A stretch of DNA of 63,026 bases, filler included, from Octopus bimaculoides (GCF_001194135.2; 6 parts of 5 records of this genome joined end to end with filler, not necessarily neighbours in it); one strand, 5' to 3'. Numbered from the whole stretch's first letter, positions 1 through 13,689 are shown. Notes: generated by a model not told the origin, from the letters alone. Translations and numbers: made by a program.

Positions 1-41
1 GGTTGTCTACTCCTTAAACAGAGTTTGACCACCTCCTGCAC

Positions 42-251
42 CTACACCTTAGCCCTTTTATGGCGTCTGATGTGGCTTTTTAAACCAGACAGTGTTTTGA
101 AAAAACACCCACACAGATTGTACCTCTGATTTGCACTACCAATACCTGCAAGTAAGTTCTCCTCATTGTGGATCCTAACATGTCTTTTAAGACCCCCATT
201 GGATTTGCAAACCCTCTGGCACACACCACATTCAAACGTGTACACAGACAT
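42..251 (-). pseudogene. Fragment with two C2H2 zinc fingers (second degenerate); possibly the C-terminus of a LINE ORF
   Basis: Translation has CGVCQRVCKSNGGLKRHVRIH and a degenerate NLCGCFFKTLSGLKSHIRRH. There is no TGEKP linker and no clear splice sites. Confidence 0.45.
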
Positions 252-605
252 ATAATCAGAATAGCTGGGGGTTTAGTTCACAGTTGATCTACATGATTAG
301 GTACTCTAGGTAAGTGCTGTAACAGATTACTGGGGCTCTAAGGTTATAGCCGAGATGGTAGTTATGGAGCCATTGCAGATTTGCAATGCAGCAGATATAT
401 AATTGTTAAAATAAATACACATATACACATTACATTATCCTATAGCCAATCCTTAAAATCCCCCTACCCCACTCTATCCACTCCGCTTTGCTTTCCCTTT
501 CTTTTCTTTTCTTTTCTTTTCTCTACTTCTACCAATTAACAGCCACCTCTGCTACCATTCTGTTATTGAACGTTGATATGTTCGCATCTTTCTTATGGGA
601 TGTCT

Positions 606-975
606 ACTGAGGAAAGGGATTTTGTTTCATCAGGACAATGTTCTAGCACACAAGTTCTTGGTTTCAGTGGCTGATATGAGTGACTCACTCACCTTCTTCT
701 CCTGGTTTGGCCCCATCTAGCTATCAACTTCACCCCAACATTAAAACACATTTGACTGATAACCTGTATCACATTGGTGATGATGCTATATCTACCTTTG
801 ATGGCTTTTTTTAGCAACAGGATGAAAGCTTCTTGACCAATAGAATCCAAACACTGCAACATTGATGGAAGAAGTGCGTGAACTGCAAGGGGATCTATGT
901 TGAAAGATAAACCGCTTTTGGTCACATTCCATGAGAGTATCTTGGTCAGCCTATAATAATTTCAGCCACCCCTTG
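606..975 (+). mobile_element. Mariner transposon 3' remnant (transposase C-terminus plus right TIR)
   Basis: Broken translation RKGILFHQDNVLAHK...SPGLAPSSYQL...QQDESFLTNRIQTLQH*WKKCV..GIYVER* matches the mariner HQDN, YSPDLAPSD and WxKCV motifs. It ends in a TIR-like CAGCCACCCCTTG followed by TA. Confidence 0.85.
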
Positions 976-2764
976 TACATGTAATTTACAAACATATAAA
1001 CATACAAACTGTCATATATGTACACATACTCAATGAGTACAAATGCACACACACATGAAAAGATATACAAATACTTACATATGAACATACATGCATATAT
1101 CTCTATATGCACAATATATGCCCTAATGCATAGTGCTACATATTTAAATAGGAACATAGAAGTTTATAAATGATAACAAATCGATCTTATTCTCTGTAAA
1201 GATAATAAAAATAACAACAATAGTAATAACAACAGCAATAATAATAGTAATAATAATGATGAGGATAATAATAATAATAATAATAATGATGATGATGATA
1301 ATGATAATAATAATAAGAAGAATTGTTGAAAAAATTGCAAAGTTTGAAATGAAACCATAAGCTGTAATACTGGGAGAAAAATCAACAAATTATTAACAAT
1401 TAAGCTGCGAAAGCTGGCCGCAATACATAGAATGGTGAAACAAATTCCAATCAATGTCTTTGCAATAACAATGAAAGAATCGGTGACCAAGCCAAAAATG
1501 TAGGGCAGTGTGCCAAATTTTCGGAATTGTTACACCATTATCTCTGAGAATAGCATTCTACCTCTGTCATCATCTTCCTTGATGGATTGATTGGCACTGT
1601 AGTAGGGTTCTTTAATAGGAATTCATATCACCCTTAATTCCTCTTCATACAAAAAGCAGTCAAAATCTAATCAAAGATAAAGATTATCAGACCAATAACA
1701 TCTTCCTTTGCAACAGGAAATTGCTGAAGGAAAGTTCATGGTTTCAAAGAATTCAATAAACTAAATCTAAGAAAACAAATTTGAGATAATTTTCTTTCTA
1801 TTTTATTTTATGTTCTCTTGATGTTTTAGTTATTTGCTGATGTTTCTAAACTGTATTTTCTGATATTTTCAATTCTTTATTGCATGAAGAATTTTATCTA
1901 TGGAAACAAATTGTCAAAGGGTATGGAATGGTAAATACATTAACATGTGACTGTGTGCATACACATCTGGGAGTCACTATTCGAGAAGTGTGTACCAGTG
2001 CATGCATATATAAATCTATAAAGCATGCACACACAGACGTTTCCATACATATAATAATAATATATATATATACATTATTATCATTCCGGCAACAAATGCA
2101 CAGCATTCGTTGCTGATGATATAAAACAGGTGCAAGCCATCCGGAACCAGTAGACTGAGCTGGTACCTTCAATTGTCAAGCACTTTTCTAACCATTTATA
2201 CATAGACAATCAATATATTGTGTTATTGTGTTTGTGTATACACATATAATGAGTGTGAGAGAGGAAGAGACACAGACATTAAGTGGGGGAAACTGAGATG
2301 ATGAAGGAAGTTTACATTGTTTCTTTGTTCTTAACCATTCTTTGGTTATAATTGTTATATGCTTTGGTCATACTGGAGTACAGTATGTTGTTATAAATAA
2401 AAATTGTTTTTTCTAGGTTTTCAGTAATTTGTACATGTGAACAGTAAATGAATTAGCTGCTGAAAGCTGCCCTGTGTTGCACCTATGATAATTCTTAGTA
2501 CTTGTATGTTCATGAATGTATACACATGCACACACATGTACGCACACACATGCATGCACACACACACACACACACGAACCACAAATAGACAGGAGGTATG
2601 GGAGGTAAATAGTTTTTCATTTAATATCCATATCTATATGATTACAATCAATATGATTACTTGATATCCATATGATTACAATCAGTTTGTAGTCTTTTTC
2701 ATGTAATAATAATTTCAATGAATAATATATTATTTTACATGTTTACACTAATAAGCATGCTACA

Positions 2765-2812
2765 CATTGTACAATACCATTGTACAATACCATTGTACAA
2801 TACCATTGTACA
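2765..2812. repeat. 13-bp tandem repeat (CATTGTACAATAC), about 3.7 copies
   Basis: Read directly from sequence; each unit contains the palindrome ATTGTACAAT. Confidence 0.9.
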
Positions 2813-3699
2813 TTTACAAATCAATGCAAATGTAAAGGGCTAGCTCTTCAGGTCACCAGAACATCATGGTTACACCAAAGCTTCAACTCTGCATATACAT
2901 ACAAAACTGTCCTTTGTATATACAATGTATGGAAGATGCATACTTAATAAGAATTACATCAGTCTGGTCATTAAAGAATAAATATAAATAATAAGTATAT
3001 TTTGTATGATGTCAATTAAGATGTTGGATCTAAGCTTAGAGAATTGACCATCCTTAATGCAAACAAAAGAACAAAAGTCAAGAAAGGATAGGAGAGGATG
3101 TAAAGTAGTTAAAATAGATAAAAGATTATATTGAGAGTATTCAAAAATGCATATAAAAATATAAAAGAAATATATTATACATGAATTCAACAGGGTAAAG
3201 ACAGCTGGAGATATAAAGATTAAACTAAAGAGTCTTGAACAACAGTTATTTTTAAATAGGGTTAAAAGGTCAAAGGGCATCCAAATGAATTCTGACTCAA
3301 AAAACAGTATTGAAACCAGCACATCTAGCTAGAGGCAGATACATATATGCATTAAGATAATAGAAACAATACCCAACCACACTTGCATAACTGTATATTC
3401 ATACAACTATTAATATACATATATACCACACAGACAAACACTAGAACACACAAAAACATGAATGTATGCATAATTATAAACACAGAATATATTGCTAAAT
3501 ACATACAAAACACATACATACATATATGTGTACCTATAGAGACATATACATATGTATACACAGCTAAATGCAGGATTCTATGAATCTGTATATTACATGA
3601 CAATTATGTGTGAGTGTGTGTGTGTGTGTGTGTTCATGTGTGCATTTAAAGATTCTTATCACAGTATTGACTGGGCTATCAGAAGTTATTATACACCAC

Positions 3700-3940
3700 T
3701 GATCACAATGTGCTTCCAAGTTTGCCTTGGTCGAACCATTCTTTTTCATCTTGAACCAAATTGCTTGATTAAATCAACTCCCCATCATTGTGACGCCTTC
3801 CAAGTGGCCTTTTCTGATCTCTTGAGTGTCACTTAGTAACTGCATAACTCCACCGGTTGTCTGTGAACCTTGTGACATGTCTGGCTCATTGGAACTTGTT
3901 CATTCGGTAGTCTACAATGACATCATTCTGTTCTCAAATT
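3700..3940 (-). mobile_element. RTE-clade LINE ORF2 C-terminal remnant
   Basis: Minus-strand translation KFQ*ARHVTRFTDNRWSYAVTK*HSRDQKRPLGR resembles the RTE C-terminal WAGHVARxxDNRW...KRPxGRP motif. Confidence 0.7.
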
Positions 3941-4663
3941 ATCTCATTTCAAATGTACACTCTTAGTAATGTTCCTAGTATGGATCTTTCCATGGCCGTT
4001 TGGTTCTTACCGATATAGTAATTTTAACAATCTTTGCTGTTTAGGAGTGAATGTTTCCATTCTTTCTTCTTTCTGTCTCACTCCCTCTCCCATTATGTGT
4101 GAGAAAGAGAGGGAGAAAGAGGGAGATGATCCTTATAAATATTGTAATTCTAATAATCTTTGCTGTTTCAGAGCAAATGTTTCCATTCTGTCTTCTGGTT
4201 TTCTTACTCCCTCTCCCATTTTGTATGTATGTATGTATGTATGTATGTATGTATGTACGTATGTATGTGCATGCATGTATATGTACACGTGTGTATAACA
4301 AAATGTGTTAAATACTGGAACTGACTTCTTTTATTCTGTATTTTTCTTTTCTTCATCTTCTTTGTTCCTCGTCTATCACATCTATTAACAAGAATTATTA
4401 AAGAATCTTCATTTTTAAAAGAACTCTCCTTCCGATCTTCAACTACTTTGAAAAACTCTCCAACACTTATTGTCATCAATCATACAGCAGTCTGCTTGTA
4501 TAAGAGAGAGAAATTAATGCAATAATAATAACAATAATAATAAAAATAATATTCAAGTGAAAAGTATTCAACAACCTTAAATATTCAGCAGGAAAGAAAA
4601 TTTACAGAACAAAAATAAAACAATTTGTCATGTAAATTTGATTTCATTGTCTTTCCACTGGCA

Positions 4664-4700
<37 letters not shown>

Positions 4701-5337
4701 CTGTAGGTGTGCCCATGTGTATGTGTCTATGCACATGTAGGCAAGTGCATTTCTGTATATGAGTTTGTGTGAGGTGCACGTATCTGCATAAATACGTGTA
4801 TCTGTGTGTAATTATGTAAGAATGTAGGTATGTGTGCATGTATGTGTGTATCCATTCATGTCTGTGTTTGTTTTTGTATGCATGGGTTGTTTGTATGCAT
4901 GTGTGTTATAGTTTAGATTCCAGTTCCTCAGTTTATTGGTTTTTCTCCATTTTCTCCAAGAGACAACAATGATAAATACAGTGGCACTCTGCCATTCTTC
5001 AATCACCACATTATGAAGTGTTTAAATGAACAAACAATAAGCAACAACAATAACAATAATAACGAACATTAATACAGCAACTACAACATCTACTACAACT
5101 ATAACAGTAACAACTCTTGCAGCAACGATACCAAAAGAACAAAAATGTTTGCAATAACAACACCAAGAACAACAAAGTTAACAGCAACAAAAATAATATA
5201 TAAAATGTGAAAAGATATAAAAAAAACAAAGGCATTTCAAAAAGAATGAGAAAAATACTGAAATATTTTGGGTGTATATATATATAAATGTGAACAAATA
5301 ATTATGAATGTATGCATGTCTGTAAGGTGTAAGTGAA

Positions 5338-5340
<3 letters not shown>

Positions 5341-5397
<57 letters not shown>
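5341..5397. repeat. (TG)n microsatellite, one example of dozens in the window
   Basis: Read directly from sequence. Confidence 0.95.
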
Positions 5398-5399
<2 letters not shown>

Positions 5400-5544
5400 A
5401 AGGTGTGATGGGTAAATTGTCGCCATTTTATATTTTTAATTTTGAAATTACACATTGTTTGTTTCTGATTTTGTTGACTACACAGTGTAGTAGAGTCAGT
5501 TGGGCACCAACTGTGAGAAAAACTGTACCATGATACAATTCACG

Positions 5545-6135
5545 TTACCAGAAATTTGGAATGGGGCATTTGAGAGAATCAATTTTCTAAATATCTGTAG
5601 CTCTCATTGCTCCTGTGCATCTTCCACAAACTCCTTCCTATTATTCCACTGCACCTCTTGTGTGTCCATAGCTTGCACGGATTACATCGTATGAAGTTCC
5701 TGCCTATTCCTTTCCTACAAATTGAACTAGGCCATTTACTTCAAATGGGTAAGGTCCTGTCTATTTTCTTGCTTACTAAAACTTAGTCTTTGTTAGTTAA
5801 CCTTAAGGTCCTTCATATCCAGGCTTTGCTTCTACATCAGGAATTTTTTTCTAGTTCTATCACAGAATCAGTTATGAGAGCAAGATCATCAGCTTATAGC
5901 AGTTCCCAGAGGTATTTGGTCTTGAATTCCTGTTATGGCCTGAAGAACAATGATAAAAAGGTGGGGACTGAGAGCCGAGCCCTGATGGATACTTACATGT
6001 ACACCAAATTTATCACTGTATTCATGGTTAATTCTCACCTTACTAACAGAGCCTCTGAACATGACCTGCAGAGCTTTCACAAGCCAGTCATCTACCCATA
6101 CCTTGATCATATCACACAGTGATATTACATATATG
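5545..6135 (-). mobile_element. RTE-clade LINE reverse transcriptase remnant
   Basis: VDDWLVKALQVMFRGSVSKVRINHEYSDKFGVHVSIHQGSALSPHLFIIVLQAIT (RT QGxxLSP motif), then LKVN..KTK and a Cys-rich GKWPSSICRKGIGRNFIRC..CKLWTHKRC segment, with stops and frameshifts. Confidence 0.85.
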
Positions 6136-6994
6136 TGTGTGAGCTTACACAGAAAATTGCTTTGTATATAAAAAAAAAAACAACTGATCACTGGATAAAG
6201 GACTTAATACAAGTGAAGGATCTAATATTTATTGCAGTTTGATAGTGACTTCAAAGTTTGGCTGCATAAGTGACTAATTTAAATTCTGAGTTTCTCTCTA
6301 TCACATTTAAAACCACAGTGGTTAGGATGAATTCAGCTTTGTTTTAAGAAATGTTACTCACGGCAGTGATTCAGTTATTTCTAGAAGATGGTATCTATTA
6401 ACAGCTATGTGAACTAGACTATTATGGAGTTAAAATGATAGTCCATTCCAAAGACATAATGCGGTACCATTAAGTGATTAGTAGCCATTTATATCCTAGG
6501 CAACTGTCTGCTTAAAATCGTATCAGCATAGGCACCTATACTCTTCAACATCAGTTTTCTTGAAGCTAAGTATAAATATCGTTATTATTGTATCTACCAC
6601 TTTTCTTCATATTAAACTATTTTCTACAGTATACTAGATTTGAGAAAATATATTTTACCATCTTCTAGGCTTTGTGTTAATCACATCCTCCATTATATCT
6701 ACACCTCAGAGCCTTAACACCTGGAATTCACAATTTGCAGTTGACAATTAGATGTCAATTTAGAGTTGTTACTAATATGAAAGTGATCATTCAGAAAGCT
6801 TGGATGCTGTTGTCTTCTCCTTACTAACACATACATTTACACTAAATCAACTCTGTTTTAATGTCATCTTTCCTAGGACTCCTATGAAACATGTGGTTAC
6901 TATCTGCTTCCTTTTGACCTATGACATAATATCAATCCATGTTTATTTACTGTCAGACATTACTAACCCTAAATATAAACAGAAATGAGTAAAA

Positions 6995-7200
6995 AGCAAG
7001 CTTATGACCTTTCTATTGCTTTGCTCCTTATCATCTTCATAAACTATCAACAATGGTTTTCTTGCCGTTTCTTTTCCAATTGGTTTTGTGTCATCTGTAT
7101 CATCTTCAGTTCCTCTTCTATCAGTCTCCACCTGGTGACCCTCACCACAGGTTTCTTAGTTTCCTTTATCTTCTGGGTCCCAGTACAAGTTTTGCCTTTG
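6995..7200 (-). mobile_element. Probable RTE/RTE-X LINE 3' ORF remnant
   Basis: Frame KKPVVRVTRWRLIEEELKMIQMTQNQLEKKRQ resembles the LINE C-terminal RPxxTWRR..E.E....TW...AQDR motif. Confidence 0.45.
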
Positions 7201-8326
7201 AAAGATAACCCTGTGTTTGTTTTTCTTTTTTTTCTTTCAACACAGCAATTGTGGAGGTGTGTGACTTAGTGGCCAGGGTGTTGCGCTCACTATCATAAGA
7301 TTAGTTTTGATTCCCAGATTAGGTGGTTTGTTGTTTGTTGTGATCTTGAGCAAAACACTTCATTTCATGATGCCCCAGTCTGCTCAGTTGTAAATGAATT
7401 CAAGCAACAGGTAAGCATTTAACCCTGAAATGGACCAGCATCCCATTCAGAGGAAAGTATTGCAATCTCATTCACTTATACCCATAGAAATCACATTAAA
7501 CTCTAGCCTTCTGAGTCTTAGTGGGCATGACAGACGGAGGCCAATAGGTACTATACATCTCCACATGTATGTCACCATATATTGAAACTATACTGTCTCA
7601 AATTGGTAAGTATAATAAGCAATGGTCTTTCTAACCACAGCAGTTGATTCATTATCATCTATTCAACCATTTGGGCCCAGTCAAGATTTGAACAGCCTTC
7701 CTGTGAAATTGCAGTCTTACTTCTAATACTTATACACCATTCATGACTGCAAAATTTTCTCTTCTTACTTATACAAACATCTGTAACTCGTCAACTGTCT
7801 CATTTCTGATAAAAATACAAATCACACACACAGACACATACATACATACCCACACACACCTACATACATACCCACACACAAAACACATGGCTATCAGTAT
7901 ATTTTTATATATACTAAATTTTATTAAGATGACAACAAAATTATACACCCGCCATGTTATCGTCTTGTCATATATCCACATTGTAGAATAAGAGATTCAG
8001 TTTCACTTGAATATTTTACAAACAATATTATATATTATATCACAAATATTTACTTAGCTTTTTTTCTCTGCAGATACATTCTTATCTTGTCCTTTCCTCT
8101 GATATTCAGTTTTCTTGTATGCTGATGATGTTGTTGTCATTGTCGATGCTGTTAGTGTTGCTGTAGTTGTTTGCTGTAATCTTTTGTTTCACTTCTCACT
8201 TTTAAATACAATTTCTAAATTATACGCAAAAGTTTTATTTCTTATAACAAAAAGCAGCAGTAATCTCTAAAGCTGTCAGAGTTCTGTATTTATGCATGCA
8301 TATACATGTACATACACACACATGTG

Positions 8327-8331
<5 letters not shown>

Positions 8332-8410
<79 letters not shown>

Positions 8411-8420
8411 TGTATGTATG
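8332..8420. repeat. (TA)n plus (TATG)n compound microsatellite
   Basis: Read directly from sequence. Confidence 0.95.
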
Positions 8421-9399
8421 TATATGTATATTTGTATGCATTTATGTGCATATGTATAATATATACCTGTCTATGTCTCTTTGTGTGTGTGTGTGTGTGA
8501 TCTTACTGCATTGATGTATATATAGTGTGTGTGTATGCATATTTATACACACACACACACACACACATATCTGCTATGATAGAAACAACTATCATGTGGC
8601 TGTCTATTGCACTCTTTCAGTTCCATTTATTACACTGTCTTCCAATAATCTTTTCTTCTAAAACTCCTCACTAGTATAATAGAGAAGAAGCGAACAGAGA
8701 CATCACAGGGTTAAGAGAACACATGTTTGGCTTTCAGTGAATAAGGCAATTTCTCTGGTAGCATTGATGGAACACTGGCCATGCTGGAGGTGAAGGTTCT
8801 TTAGACTAGAGCTCAATGTTTCTAGTATTTGATTCATGATAATATACAAACTCTGGTTTTGATAAGGAAGAGATTCAGCTGTAATGAATAAGCAAAACGT
8901 GGTCCCTGATACATCTAGGAGGGTGGTAACTCCAATAACAAACTGACTCGAACTGTTATGATCTGCTTAATCAACAGCAGTAGGAAAAAGGATCAGTGAA
9001 ACGATAATGATGACACTGGTATATGCACACGTTGATAAACTCAGTGCCATTTGCATGCAGAATTTTACCAATAGACTAACAGAACACACACACACACACA
9101 CACACACACAGACTCTCTCTCTTTCGCTCTAGTTGCCACCATAGAAACCTGGGATAGAGTGTGAAAGGAGTTCAGTAACATGATATTTAGACCCTTAGAA
9201 AAGATATTCTGGTGCTTGCTAAGATATACATTCTACAAATGAAAATGATTTCGATAACTCCAAAATCTATCTTCCATAGTGTTTAGTATATCCTCGCTGC
9301 CTGGATACAAGTCACTGGCTTCTTTGAGCTATTTCTCTTTGTCTCTTTGTACATTTTTCTTCTAATTACATACTTATATACATTCTTGATTATTGTGTC

Positions 9400-9985
9400 A
9401 ATGTATTACAAGAAATCCCATGACAATACACCATATTAATGGATTATCAATGCATTTGAATTAGGCAAATTTCCTGAACAAGTAATAGCTGTTATTTATC
9501 ATCTCAATAAAACTTGATACAGCATTTTATTTTGCAGAGTGAATAACGAATACAACAAATCTGACATTATATATTATTGAAAAGGCATCCTTCAAGGTAT
9601 TAGCTTGTCAGTACTGTTATTTGTTCCTTCATTAAAGCTATTGCCATAGCTAATCTCAAAATATAATGGTTATAGAAAAGGATACCTTGAATGGTAAAAC
9701 ACCTCTTTGTAGATGACAAGTAGCTGTATGGGCCAAGTATGAACTACATCAAAAAAGAACTGGGTCTTATAACTGAATAACCACAGATATTCAAAAGAAA
9801 TTTGGTGAGTCTAAATGTGTTCTTCTTGATGGCAAGTTGATGAAGTCTTGTTCCTCTATGCAAAAACTGAGAGGGTTAGCTGTACAACCTTTGCATTCAG
9901 ACGAGAACTATTGTTTAGAGAGGATGAGAAAAGGGGGAGAAATTAACACCTCAAGAGAGTAAAGGAGGCATGACAATTAAATTTC
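9400..9985 (+). mobile_element. R4/Dong-like non-LTR retrotransposon reverse transcriptase remnant
   Basis: Ordered degenerate RT motifs: YKKSHDNTPY*WII (DYKKAFDSVPH), GILQGISLSVLLFV (GIFQGDSLS), HLFVDD and KFGESKC. Confidence 0.75.
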
Positions 9986-10027
9986 TAAGCCTACAACAAA
10001 CATATCTCTCACAACACTTTTGTAATA

Positions 10028-11377
10028 CAGTAGATCCCACTTTATAAATCCGTCTGCTTAATGTATCCAAAATGGGTTGGGATGGAATTTTTACACATAA
10101 AATTTCTCGTTTAATAACTGCAAACTATTCCTTAATAAATCCAATTGTTGCTGTTTCTTCCTAAAGTGTCAACAAGTGGCAGCAGATGAATGTTTTTTTT
10201 CTTCTTATTTTCACTCTAAAATACTGACAGGTAGGTGAAAAAACATGTCATTCTTCATTCATGCAGAGAGGTAGACACACACACAAGTTGTTCAAAATGT
10301 TCAAAACGAAAAGAGAGAGGCAGGACAAATCCATGGCAGAAAAGATTCAGTTGTTAGAACATTTACAAAGCTTTTGGTAAAACAACTCAGCAGGAAGCAG
10401 CATAGAGTTTGGGAATTTCAAGATGTCTGGTCCAGAATTTGGTAAATGATGAAGATGACCTTTATTCCAAAGAGAAAGCTATTCATCAAAGAAAAAGCGC
10501 CAGTGAGAGGGTAAGGACCAACAGATAGACCATACGCTCTATGATTGGTTGCAAAACAACGTCAGTGCTGAGCCCTGTGACATGGGGATAACCAAGGCCA
10601 TGAAAGACTCCTACAGACATGAAATGTACAAGAAAATCACCGATGTTATGGAAGACACAGAACGTAACATTCTTGCCCATGAAGTTGCAAAGCGGATTAC
10701 CATTTTGGATGCCATATACATGTTAAGCATAGCTTGAAAGAAGGGCTCTAGCCAGACAATCAAACATTGTTGAACCAAAGCTGGTTTTGTTTCGGTGAAA
10801 GCATCAAATGAAACCATAAATGTTAACAAAGATTTGATCCTACCTTCACTGTCTACTGGACTGACCAAAAAGCAATTAAAGAACTGGTTGTCCATAGATG
10901 ATGGTGCTGTTGTTGCTCCAGAGATCATTACTGAAGAAGAAAAACTAGACGAGATTATTTGTGACATTCAGCAATCTGAGAAGGAAACCAGAGGAGATGA
11001 AGATGACAACTCTGATGTTGATGAAAGAATTCTGAAGCCTCCAACACCAGCTGAAATAAGACACTATCTCACTTGATTAGAAAGTGGTCTTGAAAGTTTT
11101 GATTTCAGTGACACAAATCTTTTTAGAACAATTAAGGAAAAAAAATCAATGCAGAATTGCAAACAAATCATCCAGCAAAGCAAACAACACTTGGCAAATT
11201 TTTCATTCAATGACATTGTTTATAATGTTTTTATTTGTGTATTCACATATTAGTGTATTCTAATAAATACGTATGTTTAATCAAGCAGCACATTTTGTTC
11301 CCTTGGTTTATAAATCCCTTGTTTAATAAATCCAAAATAGGTGGTCCCAAGATGGATTTATAAAATGGGGTCTACTG
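10028..11377 (+). mobile_element. Tigger/pogo-family DNA transposon, internally deleted
   Basis: 24-bp TIRs (CAGTAGATCCCACTTTATAAATCC / GGATTTATAAAATGGGGTCTACTG, 22/24 match) with TA on both flanks. Contains an N-terminal HTH-like KRERQDKSMAEKIQLL and a DDE_1-like EPCDMGITKAMKDSYRH...ITILDAIYMLSIA*KK..QTIKHC*TKAGF. Confidence 0.9.
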
Positions 11378-12323
11378 TAGTACAAACCCAGACACATAGA
11401 TTTGGTCTTCAGAGTCAGCTACAGATACATGCAGCATCTATACAGTCAGCCATGAATGCATGTGCTCTCACACATACATGTGTGTGAGTGCCTATATAGG
11501 TTTGTAAATAACTGTACATGGAGTAAGTATGAAGAATGATGACAAAAATAATGTTTGTATGATCAAGATTCTTTACTTTCAAAGGCTTTCTGAGAATTAT
11601 CTTTGAGTTCTTTCCTCTTCATGTGTAGGAAGAATTTTCAAGAAAAATTATTGTTCTTTGAAATAATTTCAATAAAAGGTGTTAATATAATGTTTTTCGA
11701 TAATTGAGGGGCTCTAAATATATAAAATATAAGTGCTATGCTTCTCTGTGTATGTCTGTTTGCAAATAAACAGTAAAATATAGATTGATGAGCAGTCAAA
11801 AAGACATATTTATAGAAACATAGGAAGATAGACAAATAGATAGACACACACATATATAGATATATACACACACATACATGCATAAATATATCTACACATA
11901 TACACTCTGTAAGCTAGATAAGTTGCAATAATATGGGACATGTGTGAAACCTACTTTTATGGATGGGTTTTGTTGTGCATATTTCATTGATTTTGGTGTG
12001 ACTGATTACTTGTGTGTGTGTGTGTGTTTCTATGTGTTTGATAGCATCTTTCTCTCTGTTTGTTTCTCTTTGTGTAGACGTACATGTGGGAAGGTGTATG
12101 TATGTGTATATATATATGTGTGTGTGTGCGTGCACGTGTGTGTGTGTGTGTGTGTTAGCAGTTGTGTAAACTGAAACTGACTTTATAATCAGCTGAAGAT
12201 GTCTCTGTTGGTCTATGGTGAAATACTATCATCAACAATAGCAACAACCACTAAAACTATAAGAAATACAGAAGCAATTCCTGCAAAATCAACAACACCG
12301 ACACAGCCTCCACCACCACCACC

Positions 12324-12355
<32 letters not shown>

Positions 12356-12834
12356 CAACATATCTACAACCACTACTAAAACAATAGTCAACAACAATTA
12401 CAACAAAATCAACACAACCACGAGCATCATCATCATCATCAACAACAACAGCAGCAAAACGAACAGTAATGCCAGCAATACTAAAAACCACAGAAACTAT
12501 CACCAACAACGATTCTAGCAGCAATAATAAACAACCAGGATATGAACAGCAAGAACAATAATAATATCATGACGGAAAACAAAAGAATAGTAAAATTAAT
12601 AATAATAAAAATATGAAAACAAGTATAAGATTAAAAGCAAACGAAAAAAGGAAGGCCAGCCTTATTTTTCTCCTTTCAAGAAATATTTAACTATCGCAAA
12701 CAGAAGAAAACAGCGATGGATATTTTAAAACTACAGCAAATAATCATAGTTTTTAAACATGAGAATTATTATATGTGATATGTGTTTGTGTGCATGAGCA
12801 TACAGCTCACCTTGTAGGTAAGTATCTATCTACC

Positions 12835-12871
<37 letters not shown>

Positions 12872-13689
12872 NNNNNNNNNNNNNNNNNNNNNNNNNNNNN
12901 NNNNNNNNNNNNNNNNNNNNNNNNNNNNNNNNNNNNNNNNNNNNNNNNNNNNNNNNNNNNNNNNNNNNNNNNNNNNNNNNNNNNNNNNNNNNNNNNNNNN
13001 NNNNNNNNNNNNNNNNNNNNNNNNNNNNNNNNNNNNNNNNNNNNNNNNNNNNNNNNNNNNNNNNNNNNNNNNNNNNNNNNNNNNNNNNNNNNNNNNNNNN
13101 NNNNNNNNNNNNNNNNNNNNNNNNNNNNNNNNNNNNNNNNNNNNNNNNNNNNNNNNNNNNNNNNNNNNNNNNNNNNNNNNNNNNNNNNNNNNNNNNNNNN
13201 NNNNNNNNNNNNNNNNNNNNNNNNNNNNNNNNNTATATATATATATATATATATTTACATTTATATGTATATTTATATGTACACACACACGCACACACAT
13301 ATATATATATATTTGTGAGTGTACATGTGATAACATGTTCTATTTTGCATAAATATTATCCTTTATATCTTTTTAAAAATATTTACATAAAAGTTTAATA
13401 TCTCTAAATTTTTTCATTGTTTCCATTTCTCCTCCTCCTCCTGCTTCTTCTCATTATTATTATTATTATTATTAATCTTCAATATTAACATTTATTTCTT
13501 TATCACATGTTCTGAACAACACATACACACAAATATATTAATATCTATGAACCACAGAAAAACACGCCCCCATACCCCCTCTAAAGCTTTATTCTTAGAA
13601 CCTAACATCAAAGAAAAGAAAACGGAAGTCAAAAATAGAAATAAAAGATGATATTTTAAATAAATTCCAACACATATTCTTCCATTTAC

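Noticed and set aside
2954-3330. 122-aa minus-strand ORF and antisense frame RVKTAGDIKIKLKSLEQQLFLNR as coding exons
   Set aside because: No recognisable homology and no convincing donor sites on either strand.
6943-7131. ORF METDRRGTEDD... as a host exon
   Set aside because: It needs a non-ATG start, and an overlapping frame better matches a LINE C-terminal motif.
12775-13398. Long ORFs made of X residues (also near 29.7-30.8, 33.7-34.6, 42.3-42.8, 46.6-47.6 and 58.8-59.6 kb)
   Set aside because: They are open only because N-runs contain no stops.
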